DNA of 27,786 bases from a candidate division TA06 bacterium (GTDB lineage Bacteria; Hydrothermota; DG-26; E44-bin18): NCBI GenBank assembly GCA_004376575.1, contig SOJN01000138.1, positions 1 through 27,786 on the forward strand, in the 5' to 3' direction. Shown here one piece after another: positions 1 to 8,565 of this stretch. The position numbers were made by a program, and so were the translations under genes. Within the stretch, counting starts at the first letter, position 1; each line of letters begins with the position of its first letter. The notes under the pieces were generated by a model that saw nothing but the letters and a program-made list of their open reading frames with translations, ran no database searches and had not been told where the DNA came from.

Positions 1-141
1 TGCTTCGACTCGCTCCGCGAGTCTCGCAATGACAATCCTTTCCCTCTGTGGTGAGCGTAATGCGTTATCATCTCTCCTACTCACTCGAAAATAGAAGATC
101 GAAAATCGAAAACGAAACGCGACATGCTCAGCGCACAGCTA

Positions 142-2388
142 TCAGTTCAGTTGTTCCATTATTTTCAGAATAGCGGCGAGGGCATTGTGGTCAGCTACTG
201 CAAACGAGCCTTTGGCAAGAGAGCCAATCTTTGAACTGGCAGGTCCGGATCTGGTGGGAGTCAGGTCGAAGCCGGTGCAAGCCGCAAAAACTACGGCACC
301 CCCTTCTCTTATACAGTCCATGATTTCTGCTCGGAGATTTGGTCTACTGCTCAAGTCAGCGTCAACAAGAATAAGGTATCTATACTTATGTACGACATTC
401 TTCGGAACACCTGAGTAAGAGATCCTGTTACAGGAATAACTTGCTTTTCTCAGATTTCTTCCTATGTAAAGGGCTTCATCGGTTCGCCTTGATATGACAA
501 GGACATCGCCCCCGGCATGAACAGACTCGAAGGCTCTGAAAGGTTCGTCTCTGTATGGATTTGGATAGTATTCGAAATCCACCCCCCTGATCCCTCGCCA
601 GTCAAACTGGAAAGCGACCATTGACCTGTTATCGGGCTTCAGCTTATAGGTTACGCGGACCTTTCCCCTTTTCCCTATCTTTCGGACAGTCTTGATTCTC
701 TTGTCTCTCAAGGCGACACCAGGAGTCTGTATGAACCTGACGCTCAGGTCCTCTATGACCTGATCAGTCACGTTCTCGATGACCACATCAGCCCACCTAT
801 CGTGGGTGATCACCCTTGTCCTGAAAGGAAGTTCCCCCCTTTTTGAACGGAGCCGGGTAAATGCAGCGGCACCCGCGTTCACCCACTCAATTCTCGAGTA
901 GGGGCCCAGACTCCCCCAGTGGGTCCTGTTCAAATCGTGCCAGAAAAGGCCGCAGGCCGAATAATCCCTGGACAGGCCCACGATGCCCCCGCTCAACCTA
1001 ATCATGAACTCCTGAGGCGCTTCAGGCTCCTTGCTTTCCCCCATCAGTATCCAGTCCACCGCCTCCCCGACCATCAGGTTGACCTCATCCCCCACCAGGT
1101 ATCTGGACCACTGGCCAATCATCGCCTTCTCTTCTTCTGCCGTAGACTCATAGAGCATTACCGCGCAAAAACTGGCTCCCGCGTCGCTCAGCATAATCGG
1201 ATCCTGTCCGTGCTGGTGCCCTTTATCCCACCCAAGCACGAACACCCATACTGGCTTCTCTACCTGACCCACCTCTATTATTCTGGCGAGCACAGAGGCG
1301 CTCTTATGCGCCCTCCACCAATCCCAGCGCGCGCATACGGCTCGGTCTGACTTCTCCCAGAGGATTCTGCCCAACCATCTCATCCTCCCATGGATGCTCA
1401 TGCTGTCCCAGTTTTCAGGCGTGTTTATCGCCAGCGAATCCACAAAATCATTGACCATCTCAAACCCGCCCGGGCCGGGCCTAATGTAATCAAAACCGAC
1501 ATAGTCCACGTTCGGGTCGGCGTCTATCTTCCTGGCCAGCTTTGCAATGTCTTTTATCCTCTTTTCATCGCTCAGGGAGACGTGATGATTTCTCCGGAGT
1601 TTCCCATCTTCGTACTCCCAACAGTAGCGATAACCCAGGCCCAGTTCTGGTTTGCCCCAAACCAGGAAGCTCCCTATCCAACCCCCGAACTTGAACCCAT
1701 TTTTTTGTGCCTCTTCTGCCAGTTTTCCAAAGGTTCCGGGCCCTGCGGAAAGCCAGGGCTCTTCTGAGGTGACCTTCCCTTCAACACTCCATCCCACAGA
1801 ATAGAGAATTGTATTCGCGCAGAGAAGTTCTGCCCACCTTAAGTAGTTCCGCCAGTCCCATCTCCCACCGAGTGGATTTGAAACCGGATTTTCAATCAGA
1901 TCTGTCTGAGCCTCAATGGTCATCGCGCATATTGCAGTGTCAATCGAGGGAAGAGTCTTTCCACTCACCTCAATTTCAACCGAATTTTGGAGTACGAACC
2001 GATTACTCTGAAGCGGAACAGTCACCTCAAGCCTGTATTCCCCCAGCTCGGGATTAAAAGGGATTGGCCAGCCACCAGTATAGGCTCTTGAACTATCATC
2101 ATATCTTAGATGAAATTCTCCCATGCTGTTCTGAACAAGTCTCTCTCCACGGTACGCCTTCACAACCGGAACCACACCCGTTACAGGTTCCCCCGGGGAC
2201 CACTCTATCTTCGCCTCCAGCGGGACGAGTTCATATCTCAGATAATCTCTTTTCGGTGTGGAGAGAGAAAACGTGGCGGCATTGACGCTGTGGATAATAA
2301 AGAGCGGAGAAAAAAGCGCGAGTACCAGTTTCAACAACTCCAGCCCCCTACCTCCAGAAGAACCATATGAACATGTAGGCAACTGCAA
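142..2388 (-). CDS. Secreted glycoside-hydrolase-like protein (GHL10/YddW-YngK-like TIM-barrel family), 748 aa as annotated
   Basis: Long minus-strand ORF with an N-terminal hydrophobic signal-like segment (LLKLVLALFSPLFIIHSVNAATF). Motifs FDYIRPGPGG and WDWW resemble the LDYIRYP region of the GHL10 family. The annotated start overlaps the upstream permease ORF by 41 nt, so the true start is probably an internal non-ATG codon just before the signal peptide. Confidence 0.4.
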   Translation of the reverse strand: MQLPTCSYGSSGGRGLELLKLVLALFSPLFIIHSVNAATFSLSTPKRDYLRYELVPLEAKIEWSPGEPVTGVVPVVKAYRGERLVQNSMGEFHLRYDDSSRAYTGGWPIPFNPELGEYRLEVTVPLQSNRFVLQNSVEIEVSGKTLPSIDTAICAMTIEAQTDLIENPVSNPLGGRWDWRNYLRWAELLCANTILYSVGWSVEGKVTSEEPWLSAGPGTFGKLAEEAQKNGFKFGGWIGSFLVWGKPELGLGYRYCWEYEDGKLRRNHHVSLSDEKRIKDIAKLARKIDADPNVDYVGFDYIRPGPGGFEMVNDFVDSLAINTPENWDSMSIHGRMRWLGRILWEKSDRAVCARWDWWRAHKSASVLARIIEVGQVEKPVWVFVLGWDKGHQHGQDPIMLSDAGASFCAVMLYESTAEEEKAMIGQWSRYLVGDEVNLMVGEAVDWILMGESKEPEAPQEFMIRLSGGIVGLSRDYSACGLFWHDLNRTHWGSLGPYSRIEWVNAGAAAFTRLRSKRGELPFRTRVITHDRWADVVIENVTDQVIEDLSVRFIQTPGVALRDKRIKTVRKIGKRGKVRVTYKLKPDNRSMVAFQFDWRGIRGVDFEYYPNPYRDEPFRAFESVHAGGDVLVISRRTDEALYIGRNLRKASYSCNRISYSGVPKNVVHKYRYLILVDADLSSRPNLRAEIMDCIREGGAVVFAACTGFDLTPTRSGPASSKIGSLAKGSFAVADHNALAAILKIMEQLN

Positions 2389-3601
2389 CTGCTACTACTG
2401 TAAACGGCAGACCTATCTTGACGAAGTGACCAAAAGTGACGTTCTCTCCCGCCTTCTTCAGTATGCCAAAAGCAACTATGTTTGCTGCCGCACCTATGGG
2501 TGTGATATTTCCGCCTACGGAGGCCCCTATCACAATCCCAAAAAGGAGCAGATAGGGTGATATTGACATACTGGCAGCAAGCATTCCACCCACCGGCAGC
2601 ATTGCAGTCACATAGGGGACATTATCGACAAATGCTGAAAAGAAGACGGATGTCCAGGTGACGACATTATAGGCAAGGAAGGTGTTACCTCTCGTCATCT
2701 GCGCGAGGAAACTGGCCAGACCCGCAATGATACCAGTTGCCCTCAGAGCCTCCACAAGTACGAAGATCCCCATCAGCAGGAAGAACGTATCCCAATCAAA
2801 TTTCTTAATCAGCGAGAACGTTCCTTTTTTCACTCTTGTCTCGAACCAGATAGTACCTGCCGCTCCGAAGAGCATGCAGACCGAACCGGTCCCATATTCG
2901 AAATCTGGAAAGATGAATGACACGATTGCCAGAGCTGCAACCATCCCGATGAGCAGCCATGACGGGACCATGCTCAGAATAGGTTCCCTTTCAATCCGAG
3001 GGACCGGCTGTCTGTATTTTCTAAACGCGATGTAGAGCACAATCAAGGATACGGCAGCGGCAAGCTCAATGGCAAAGAAAAGGCAGGGCTTTCCCTGGAA
3101 GAAGAAGAAGTGGTTGAACGTCATACCTGAGTATGAGGCAAGCAGCATGCTCGGCGGGTCACCGACGAGAGTGGCCGCGCCCTGGAGGTTGGAACTGACT
3201 GCTATGCCGACCAAAAATGGGATTGCCGAAACTTTTAGTCTTCTTGCAATCACCATGGCAACTGGCGCCACGATCATCACAGTAGCAACATTTTCGCAGA
3301 AAGCGGATATGAGTCCACTCAGTCCGCACACGAGTACAAGAGCCATGGCTGCATTCTTTGACCTTGCCACAAGGCCATCGGCGAGCCTGGCAGGCACTCG
3401 AGAATATATGAAGAGCTCGGCAACCAGATACGTGCCGCCGAATATGCCCATCACGTTCCAGTTAATCGACTTGAATGCCGAGATGGGGCCAAGAGTCCCG
3501 GTGATAAGCAGAATCAATGTGCCTGCCCAGACCGCTGGTCCCCTGTATTTGTGTGATATGGCTAGGAAGAGGTAGACGGCGAGAAAAGTAAAACCTGCCA
3601 C
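2348..3601 (-). CDS. ArsB/NhaD/CitMHS-superfamily anion permease, 417 aa
   Basis: About 12 hydrophobic helices throughout. Motif GDPPSMLL and two Gly-rich re-entrant-loop-like segments are typical of ArsB/NhaD-type permeases. No soluble domains. Confidence 0.5.
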   Translation of the reverse strand: MAGFTFLAVYLFLAISHKYRGPAVWAGTLILLITGTLGPISAFKSINWNVMGIFGGTYLVAELFIYSRVPARLADGLVARSKNAAMALVLVCGLSGLISAFCENVATVMIVAPVAMVIARRLKVSAIPFLVGIAVSSNLQGAATLVGDPPSMLLASYSGMTFNHFFFFQGKPCLFFAIELAAAVSLIVLYIAFRKYRQPVPRIEREPILSMVPSWLLIGMVAALAIVSFIFPDFEYGTGSVCMLFGAAGTIWFETRVKKGTFSLIKKFDWDTFFLLMGIFVLVEALRATGIIAGLASFLAQMTRGNTFLAYNVVTWTSVFFSAFVDNVPYVTAMLPVGGMLAASMSISPYLLLFGIVIGASVGGNITPIGAAANIVAFGILKKAGENVTFGHFVKIGLPFTVVAVAVAYMFIWFFWR

Positions 3602-3649
3602 GAACTTCTCCGTAAGAACCCCCTTTCTTGCGGAGAACGAAACTAAACA

Positions 3650-4309
3650 CTATTTCAATGAATAATCTCTGAGCTCCTCTTTTTCGAGCGTAAGAAGGTT
3701 CACCCTTTTGACAAGTCCTATGTCCGGGGCGTAGTACTCTTCGACAAAAGCGGAGTCAACCGAACCATTGCCATAAGGAGTATCGATTACACCCACCTGT
3801 TCCAACCTTACAACATAACACTGGTCAAACCTTCCCGCAGGAACACTGACGTCCCTTATGGCAACAACTTTCCCGTCCAGTGTGACACTCCTTTTCACGG
3901 GCTCGCCATAGACCATTATAGTATTCTCGAATTCATCCGTCCAGGTATTCCCAAGTACCAGTGGAAGTGCCAAACGTCTGGCCCACCTCTCCTCGAGAAC
4001 AAATTCCTCGTTGAATAGGTATGTGGTCTTTACGTACTCATCAAAGTAATCCTCGCCCTTGTACCAGTACCCATCCTGGAAGTCGACCTGAACCCTCATG
4101 CAATCTCTTCTCAGCATTATACTCGAACCGGCCACCGAAACCCGCTTCTCGCCTCCGCTGGAGAGGTTATAGAACCAGGTATTTCCAACGGCATCCATCG
4201 GAATGTAATCTGAGCCAATCCTGTATACCAGTGGATCCATGCTGCACCCACCAACTACAAGAAGAAGCAAAAGCAAGATCTGAGTATGACGAATCATAAC
4301 TTGTGCCAA
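3650..4309 (-). CDS. Hypothetical lipoprotein, 219 aa
   Basis: N-terminal signal with lipobox LLLLLLVVGG-C-S. Otherwise hydrophilic and beta-rich. Overlaps the upstream OMP gene by 16 nt, suggesting co-transcription. Confidence 0.5.
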   Translation of the reverse strand: MAQVMIRHTQILLLLLLVVGGCSMDPLVYRIGSDYIPMDAVGNTWFYNLSSGGEKRVSVAGSSIMLRRDCMRVQVDFQDGYWYKGEDYFDEYVKTTYLFNEEFVLEERWARRLALPLVLGNTWTDEFENTIMVYGEPVKRSVTLDGKVVAIRDVSVPAGRFDQCYVVRLEQVGVIDTPYGNGSVDSAFVEEYYAPDIGLVKRVNLLTLEKEELRDYSLK

Positions 4310-4845
4310 AATCCTATGTTCAGGAACACTAAATCTCCAGGCTTCTTGCTGAAATATCTCCGGAATAGAATTCCTGCGTCAAGCATTGTTCCACCTGCTA
4401 TGTGAAATTCCGTACCGCCACCCAGGACCCCACTCAACTGGTAACCTTTCTCCTCGCCGGTTCCAAGGCTTCTATTTAGCAAGCTGTACCCGGTGCCAAG
4501 CAGACCGTATAACCCCACATCTTTTGTGAATGAGTGGAGAGTGTATCTCCCGTGCAACTCACCATTTAGCATCTCCAGAACGAGACCGTTGTTTCCTTTT
4601 CCCTTCAGGGAAGCATACGAAACGTGCAAGCCGATTCTCAATTTCTCAACAGGGAAGACCGCAAACCCTGAAGTGACGGACATTCCCCCGGTGATGTCCT
4701 GACCGAAGTCACCAGCAGGAGCGAGAAACCCGCCCCCTACTCCGATGGTCAATGGGAAAGCTTTGCACGGCGCTGCAGGAAAGGATACTACGACTAACAT
4801 ACTTAGTGCAGCGACAAAAACATATCTCATGCCTTTTCCCCACAC
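4294..4845 (-). CDS. Small outer-membrane beta-barrel protein (OmpW/OMP_b-brl-like), 183 aa
   Basis: Signal peptide (MRYVFVAALSMLVVVSFPAAPCKA). Alternating hydrophobic/polar Gly- and aromatic-rich strands, with an aromatic-rich C-terminus (IGFWHKL). Overlaps the SPFH gene stop by 19 nt. Confidence 0.5.
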   Translation of the reverse strand: MWGKGMRYVFVAALSMLVVVSFPAAPCKAFPLTIGVGGGFLAPAGDFGQDITGGMSVTSGFAVFPVEKLRIGLHVSYASLKGKGNNGLVLEMLNGELHGRYTLHSFTKDVGLYGLLGTGYSLLNRSLGTGEEKGYQLSGVLGGGTEFHIAGGTMLDAGILFRRYFSKKPGDLVFLNIGFWHKL

Positions 4846-5939
4846 TTGGGGCAGAATTTGGAACCTGGGGGAATTTCACCATTGCACTTCCTACACCGAG
4901 CTGACTCCTGGGTCTTCTTGATTTCCACCCCGCAGTTCGGGCAGAACCTGGAATTTGATGGAATAGACTGCCCGCACTTGGGACATCCCGCCATCTCCGG
5001 AGCGAGATTGCTGCCGCAGTGGGAACAGAATCGTGATCCCATCAGCACAGCCCCGTGGCACTTCGGACACTCAACACTCTGCCCCTGTGAAAATGCTTTC
5101 TGAAGCATCCCGGGGAGCATCATACCCATACCCAGACCTGCGCCCAGACCGACCCCGGCGCCGGCTGCGCCTCCGCCCCCACCATCCTGTGCGGCTTCCC
5201 TCATCGCTTTGGCCGCTTCGAACTGCATGAACTTCCCCATGTCACCCACTGCTCCCATACCCGCTCTCTCGTCAATCATCTTCTGCACTTCAGGAGGAGG
5301 AGTTATTGCGTTAATATAGAAGTCAACACACTCAAGGCCGTACTTCCCAAAATCTTCCTGGATTCTCGCCTTCGTCCCTGCTGCTATTTCATCATAGCTC
5401 GCGGGCAGGTCGAATACAGTACTCGCAGTCTCACCAAGGAAATCGGCGAACCTGGCAACAGCTATTCCTCTCAGGAAGTCATCAATCTCCTCAGTAAAGA
5501 AAATACCCTGGGTGCCCACAACCTTGTTCACGAACAACTGGGAGTCCACCACTCTATCACTGAATATGCCAAAGGCCCTCAGTCTCACCATCTTCAGCTC
5601 AGAGTCTCTAAAAGCTATTGGCTCCTGAGTGCCCCACTTTCTGTCCGTAAAGACCTTCTGGTTTATGAAATAGACCTCGACCCTGAACGGGCTCTTTCCC
5701 CCAAAAGGTTTCCCTTCAAGCCCTACCAGAAGCGGTATGTTCAAGCTGGTCAATGTGTGCCTGCCTGGACCGAAGGTGTCAAGAGCCTTTCCATCTCTGA
5801 AAAAGACAGCAGCCTGATTCTCGCGAACTACCAGCTGGCTTCCTGCAGTAATCTCGCCGGAACCCGACTCGGGTATTCTGTGGACCATCTGCTCACCGGT
5901 TTCGTCCAGAAACTCTATGACTTCGAAAAGCTTGGCCAT
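4827..5939 (-). CDS. SPFH/band-7 (flotillin/YdjI-like) protein with Gly-rich linker and three C-terminal CxxC-x(n)-CxxC zinc ribbons, 370 aa
   Basis: Band-7 core with a long Ala/Glu-rich helical segment. Gly/Ala low-complexity linker (GGGGGAAGAGVGLGAGLGMGMM). Three consecutive zinc ribbons: CPKCHG...CSHCG, CPKCGQ...CPNCG, CRKCNG...CPKCG. Confidence 0.75.
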   Translation of the reverse strand: MAKLFEVIEFLDETGEQMVHRIPESGSGEITAGSQLVVRENQAAVFFRDGKALDTFGPGRHTLTSLNIPLLVGLEGKPFGGKSPFRVEVYFINQKVFTDRKWGTQEPIAFRDSELKMVRLRAFGIFSDRVVDSQLFVNKVVGTQGIFFTEEIDDFLRGIAVARFADFLGETASTVFDLPASYDEIAAGTKARIQEDFGKYGLECVDFYINAITPPPEVQKMIDERAGMGAVGDMGKFMQFEAAKAMREAAQDGGGGGAAGAGVGLGAGLGMGMMLPGMLQKAFSQGQSVECPKCHGAVLMGSRFCSHCGSNLAPEMAGCPKCGQSIPSNSRFCPNCGVEIKKTQESARCRKCNGEIPPGSKFCPKCGEKA

Positions 5940-5942
5940 CTC

Positions 5943-6452
5943 TTAGCCCCCGGTTATGACGCTCTCTCTTTGAGAAAGCCTGTTGTCGAAATTTTCCAGC
6001 TCCTCAACCAGCGCATTAAGAGCCGTTTCTGTCTCTGTTACACCACCCAGAGCATCCGCCACTTTCTTTACCGTCTTCGCTATATCTTCTATTCCGGTCT
6101 CAAGACCCTTGTCAAAATCGTACATCTTCTCAAGTTTACTCTCTCCGACTTTTTCCAGGTCAAAGAATCCAGAGTAGCCGTAGTCTGCGAATCTAACTCT
6201 ATCGGCAATCTTTTCAAACATCTTGGTAGCTCTGTTGATGGGTTTGAGCAGTCCCAAGCTTCCCGCATCTGTAAGCTTCACGGCAATTTTGTCTATTTTT
6301 CCTTTGAGACCCCTGAGTAAAGCTTCAAGGTGACGCCTCAAAAGCTTGTCGCTTTCTCTTCTCTCTTCTCTCTTCAGATAGCCAGCATAGCCAGGTACGT
6401 GTTTTGCGACGAACTCAACAGTTTGTCTGAACCTCTCTGCAAGATCTCCCAT
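5943..6452 (-). CDS. Hypothetical coiled-coil protein, 169 aa, first gene of the SPFH operon
   Basis: Highly charged helical sequence (Lys/Glu/Arg-rich heptad-like segments). Starts 3 nt upstream of the SPFH gene. Good RBS (GAGGTAAG) before the ATG. No recognisable catalytic motifs. Confidence 0.45.
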   Translation of the reverse strand: MGDLAERFRQTVEFVAKHVPGYAGYLKREERRESDKLLRRHLEALLRGLKGKIDKIAVKLTDAGSLGLLKPINRATKMFEKIADRVRFADYGYSGFFDLEKVGESKLEKMYDFDKGLETGIEDIAKTVKKVADALGGVTETETALNALVEELENFDNRLSQRESVITGG

Positions 6453-6503
6453 GATCTTCTTACCTCGCTTGGTTTAGTACTTCAAGGCTGCTAACGTGGA
6501 AAC

Positions 6504-6531
6504 ATGATACCCCATATGTTCTGAAAGTCAA
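6504..6531 (-). promoter_or_regulatory. Putative sigma70-like promoter for the coiled-coil/SPFH operon (-35 TTGACT, 16-nt spacer, -10 TATCAT on the minus strand)
   Basis: Read on the minus strand, the 195-bp intergenic region contains TTGACT(N16)TATCAT about 50 nt upstream of the RBS of the 169-aa gene. FCB-group promoters may follow a different consensus, so this is tentative. Confidence 0.3.
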
Positions 6532-6597
6532 GTAGAGATGTAGCTTAAAGGAATTGCTCAGCCTGCTTTTTCTTTGTTTGAACGTATACTCAATTGA

Positions 6598-6629
6598 AGA
6601 AAAAATCAACGGCCTTCTACGAAAGAAGG
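6598..6629 (-). terminator. Rho-independent terminator closing the truB-ribF...VanZ-like operon
   Basis: On the minus strand, hairpin CCTTCT-ttcgt-AGAAGG is followed by CCGTTGATTTTTTTCTTC (T7 run). It lies 19 nt downstream of the stop of the 121-aa gene. Confidence 0.45.
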
Positions 6630-6647
6630 AATATCGAGGAAAAGAAA

Positions 6648-7013
6648 CTAATTTATGTAAGTGAAGAGAAGAAGCCCCAATACTATTCCTGCTGCATCTG
6701 CCGCTATGTCCTTCCAACTCGCGGTTCGACCGGGTTTGCGCATGTCATACAGCTCCTTCCCAATCCCAGCAGTGGCAGAAAGCGAGACTGCAAAGACCCG
6801 TGAGTTGGGTTGGGGATTGTTAAGCTCTGTGTGATATATCCTGTACGAAAGACCGACAAGGTACGCACTGGCCAGAGCATGAACGAGCTTATCTTCGCTC
6901 AGCCATTCGTCCTTTGCTTCTGATTGGGGAGTATCCCTGTCTGCGGTCGTACTTCCGTACGCCGCTCCGCAGAAAACCAGAAGGATGACGACAAAACCAA
7001 AAGGTCTAATCAT
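6648..7013 (-). CDS. VanZ-like family small membrane/exported protein, 121 aa
   Basis: N-terminal signal/TM (FGFVVILLVFCGAAYG). Motifs DKLVHALASAY and PGRTASWKDIAADAAGIVLG match the VanZ-like pattern DK..H...Y ... PGR..s..D...N..G. Start overlaps the HD gene stop by 4 nt. Confidence 0.5.
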   Translation of the reverse strand: MIRPFGFVVILLVFCGAAYGSTTADRDTPQSEAKDEWLSEDKLVHALASAYLVGLSYRIYHTELNNPQPNSRVFAVSLSATAGIGKELYDMRKPGRTASWKDIAADAAGIVLGLLLFTYIN

Positions 7014-7555
7014 AGTCCGAGGTCAACCGCAATTCCCTGCATGGCCTGGAGACAGACTCCGGTAAACTCCTCCAATGAAAGGTTTAGATCTTCACAGGAC
7101 TTTATCTGTTCCCGGTTCGCTCCGGCAGCAAACCTCTTCTCTTTGAATCTTCTCAGCACGAAGTCAGCGTCTATGTTGCCAATTCTTTTTGTAGGGTGCA
7201 TAAGCGCAGCAGCAACTATCAGCCCCGTTATCGGGTCGGACGCATAAAGCGCCTTGTCCATTTTTGACCTGCATTCCCTGTGCCCGGGGTGCGCCTTCAC
7301 TGCATAGACTATTCTCTCGTCCACGCCTTTCTCTTCGAGCATGAACGCACCCACGAGACCGTGTCTGTCTGGGCTGTCCTTTGTGCTGTCGTAATCGATA
7401 TCATGAAGGAGACCTGTCAGTCCCCACAGATCCTCGTCTTCATCGAAGTGTCTGGCCAGAGCACGCATGCACGCTTCGACTGCGATCATGTGCTTTATGA
7501 GATTCTCATTCTTCACGTTCTCCCTCACAAGTGCCATAGCTTCTTCTTTGTTCAC
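7010..7555 (-). CDS. HD-domain (HDIG-type) metal-dependent phosphohydrolase, 181 aa
   Basis: H...HDIDYD motif (LLHDIDYD) plus downstream His/Asp ligands (KAHPGH, ASD). Size and layout are typical of small HDIG hydrolases. Confidence 0.7.
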   Translation of the reverse strand: MNKEEAMALVRENVKNENLIKHMIAVEACMRALARHFDEDEDLWGLTGLLHDIDYDSTKDSPDRHGLVGAFMLEEKGVDERIVYAVKAHPGHRECRSKMDKALYASDPITGLIVAAALMHPTKRIGNIDADFVLRRFKEKRFAAGANREQIKSCEDLNLSLEEFTGVCLQAMQGIAVDLGL

Positions 7556-7587
7556 GACCTCTCCTTTCCCTGTCTTGGTCCAACCTA

Positions 7588-8565
7588 CTATACGTAGTCT
7601 GAGGGGTCCGCCAGATCCTCGAGGGATTCACCCTTCAGATACTTCAATACCTTGTTGAAAGCAAACTCGACCATCTTCTCGTGGTATCCTGGATAGAAGG
7701 CAGCATTGTGAGGGGTCATCACCACATTGTCAAGCCTTTCAAAAGGGAGATTCTGTTTGAACGTCTTATCTGCTGTGTACTTCCACCAAACATCAAGACA
7801 AGCAGTAAATGAAGGATTCGCCTCTAGATGGTCAAACAGGTCCTTTTCTTTTATGACCGCCCCACGCGACACATTCACAAGTGTTGCATCGGGCTTCATG
7901 CTGGAAATCTCAGCTTTACCTATCAGCTCTTCTGTCTTCTTGGTGAGAGGTACAGATATGACCAGGAAATCGACCTCACCCAGGAATTTTTTCAAGGTCT
8001 CAAAATCATAGAAACGGTCAAGGACTTCAGAAGGGGGCTCTTTGATATCACACCCGAACACCACCATGCCCAGGCATTTCCCCAATCTGGCAACATGGCA
8101 ACCGATAGAGCCAACTCCAAGAACACCGAGTATCCGCCCACAAAGGACCTTGGACTCTTCTCCCTGTGGGAACAACCCTTTTCTCATCGCTTCAGTATGC
8201 CTCACCACATTCTTGGCTGTTGAAAGCATGAGAGCAAACACGTGCTCGGCAATTTGTGGACTGCTTGCTCCTGAGCCCGTTGAAACCATCACAGACCTCT
8301 TCAGAGAAGAGAAGGGCACATGGTTGACTCCTGCTGCCAGAGCCTGGATGAGTCGAAGCTCACTCATGGATGAGATCATCTCTCTACCTATCGTACCGCG
8401 CCACCCTCCGACAATCAGAACCTCTACCCGCTTGCGTACTCTATCCAGTTCTGTCCTGCTCAGGTCCTTCTGAAAGTAAACCCTGGCCAACGGTTCCAGG
8501 CTCTTGGCGAGTTCTCTGTCTCTATCAGTGGGTTCAAATCCTACAAGGATTGTTCTCTCTTCCAC
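7588..8565 (-). CDS. D-isomer-specific 2-hydroxyacid dehydrogenase family protein (PGDH/glyoxylate-reductase-like), 325 aa
   Basis: NAD-binding GxGxxG (GVLGVGSIGCHVARLG). Catalytic-region motifs (VNVSRGAVI, MTPHNA with His) are typical of the D-2-hydroxyacid dehydrogenase family. Confidence 0.8.
   Translation of the reverse strand: MEERTILVGFEPTDRDRELAKSLEPLARVYFQKDLSRTELDRVRKRVEVLIVGGWRGTIGREMISSMSELRLIQALAAGVNHVPFSSLKRSVMVSTGSGASSPQIAEHVFALMLSTAKNVVRHTEAMRKGLFPQGEESKVLCGRILGVLGVGSIGCHVARLGKCLGMVVFGCDIKEPPSEVLDRFYDFETLKKFLGEVDFLVISVPLTKKTEELIGKAEISSMKPDATLVNVSRGAVIKEKDLFDHLEANPSFTACLDVWWKYTADKTFKQNLPFERLDNVVMTPHNAAFYPGYHEKMVEFAFNKVLKYLKGESLEDLADPSDYV

Noticed and set aside
7-27. Short hairpin GACTCGC-tcc-GCGAGTC at the window edge
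   Set aside because: The stem is 7 bp with a 3-nt loop, and no T-tract on either strand. It is truncated by the window edge, so it cannot be interpreted.
85-119. Tandem TCGAAAA repeats (three copies plus a degenerate copy) downstream of the first gene
   Set aside because: Only about 35 bp and degenerate. There is no preceding stable hairpin to make a convincing terminator. It is most likely simple low-complexity 3' flank.
2258-2560. 100-aa plus-strand ORF with a Cys-rich stretch (CNCYYCKRQTY...CCRTYGC)
   Set aside because: Antisense to the permease gene and across the gene 1/2 junction. The Cys codons arise from GCA/ACA-rich antisense sequence. There is no RBS or partner genes, so it is unlikely to be a real metal-binding peptide.
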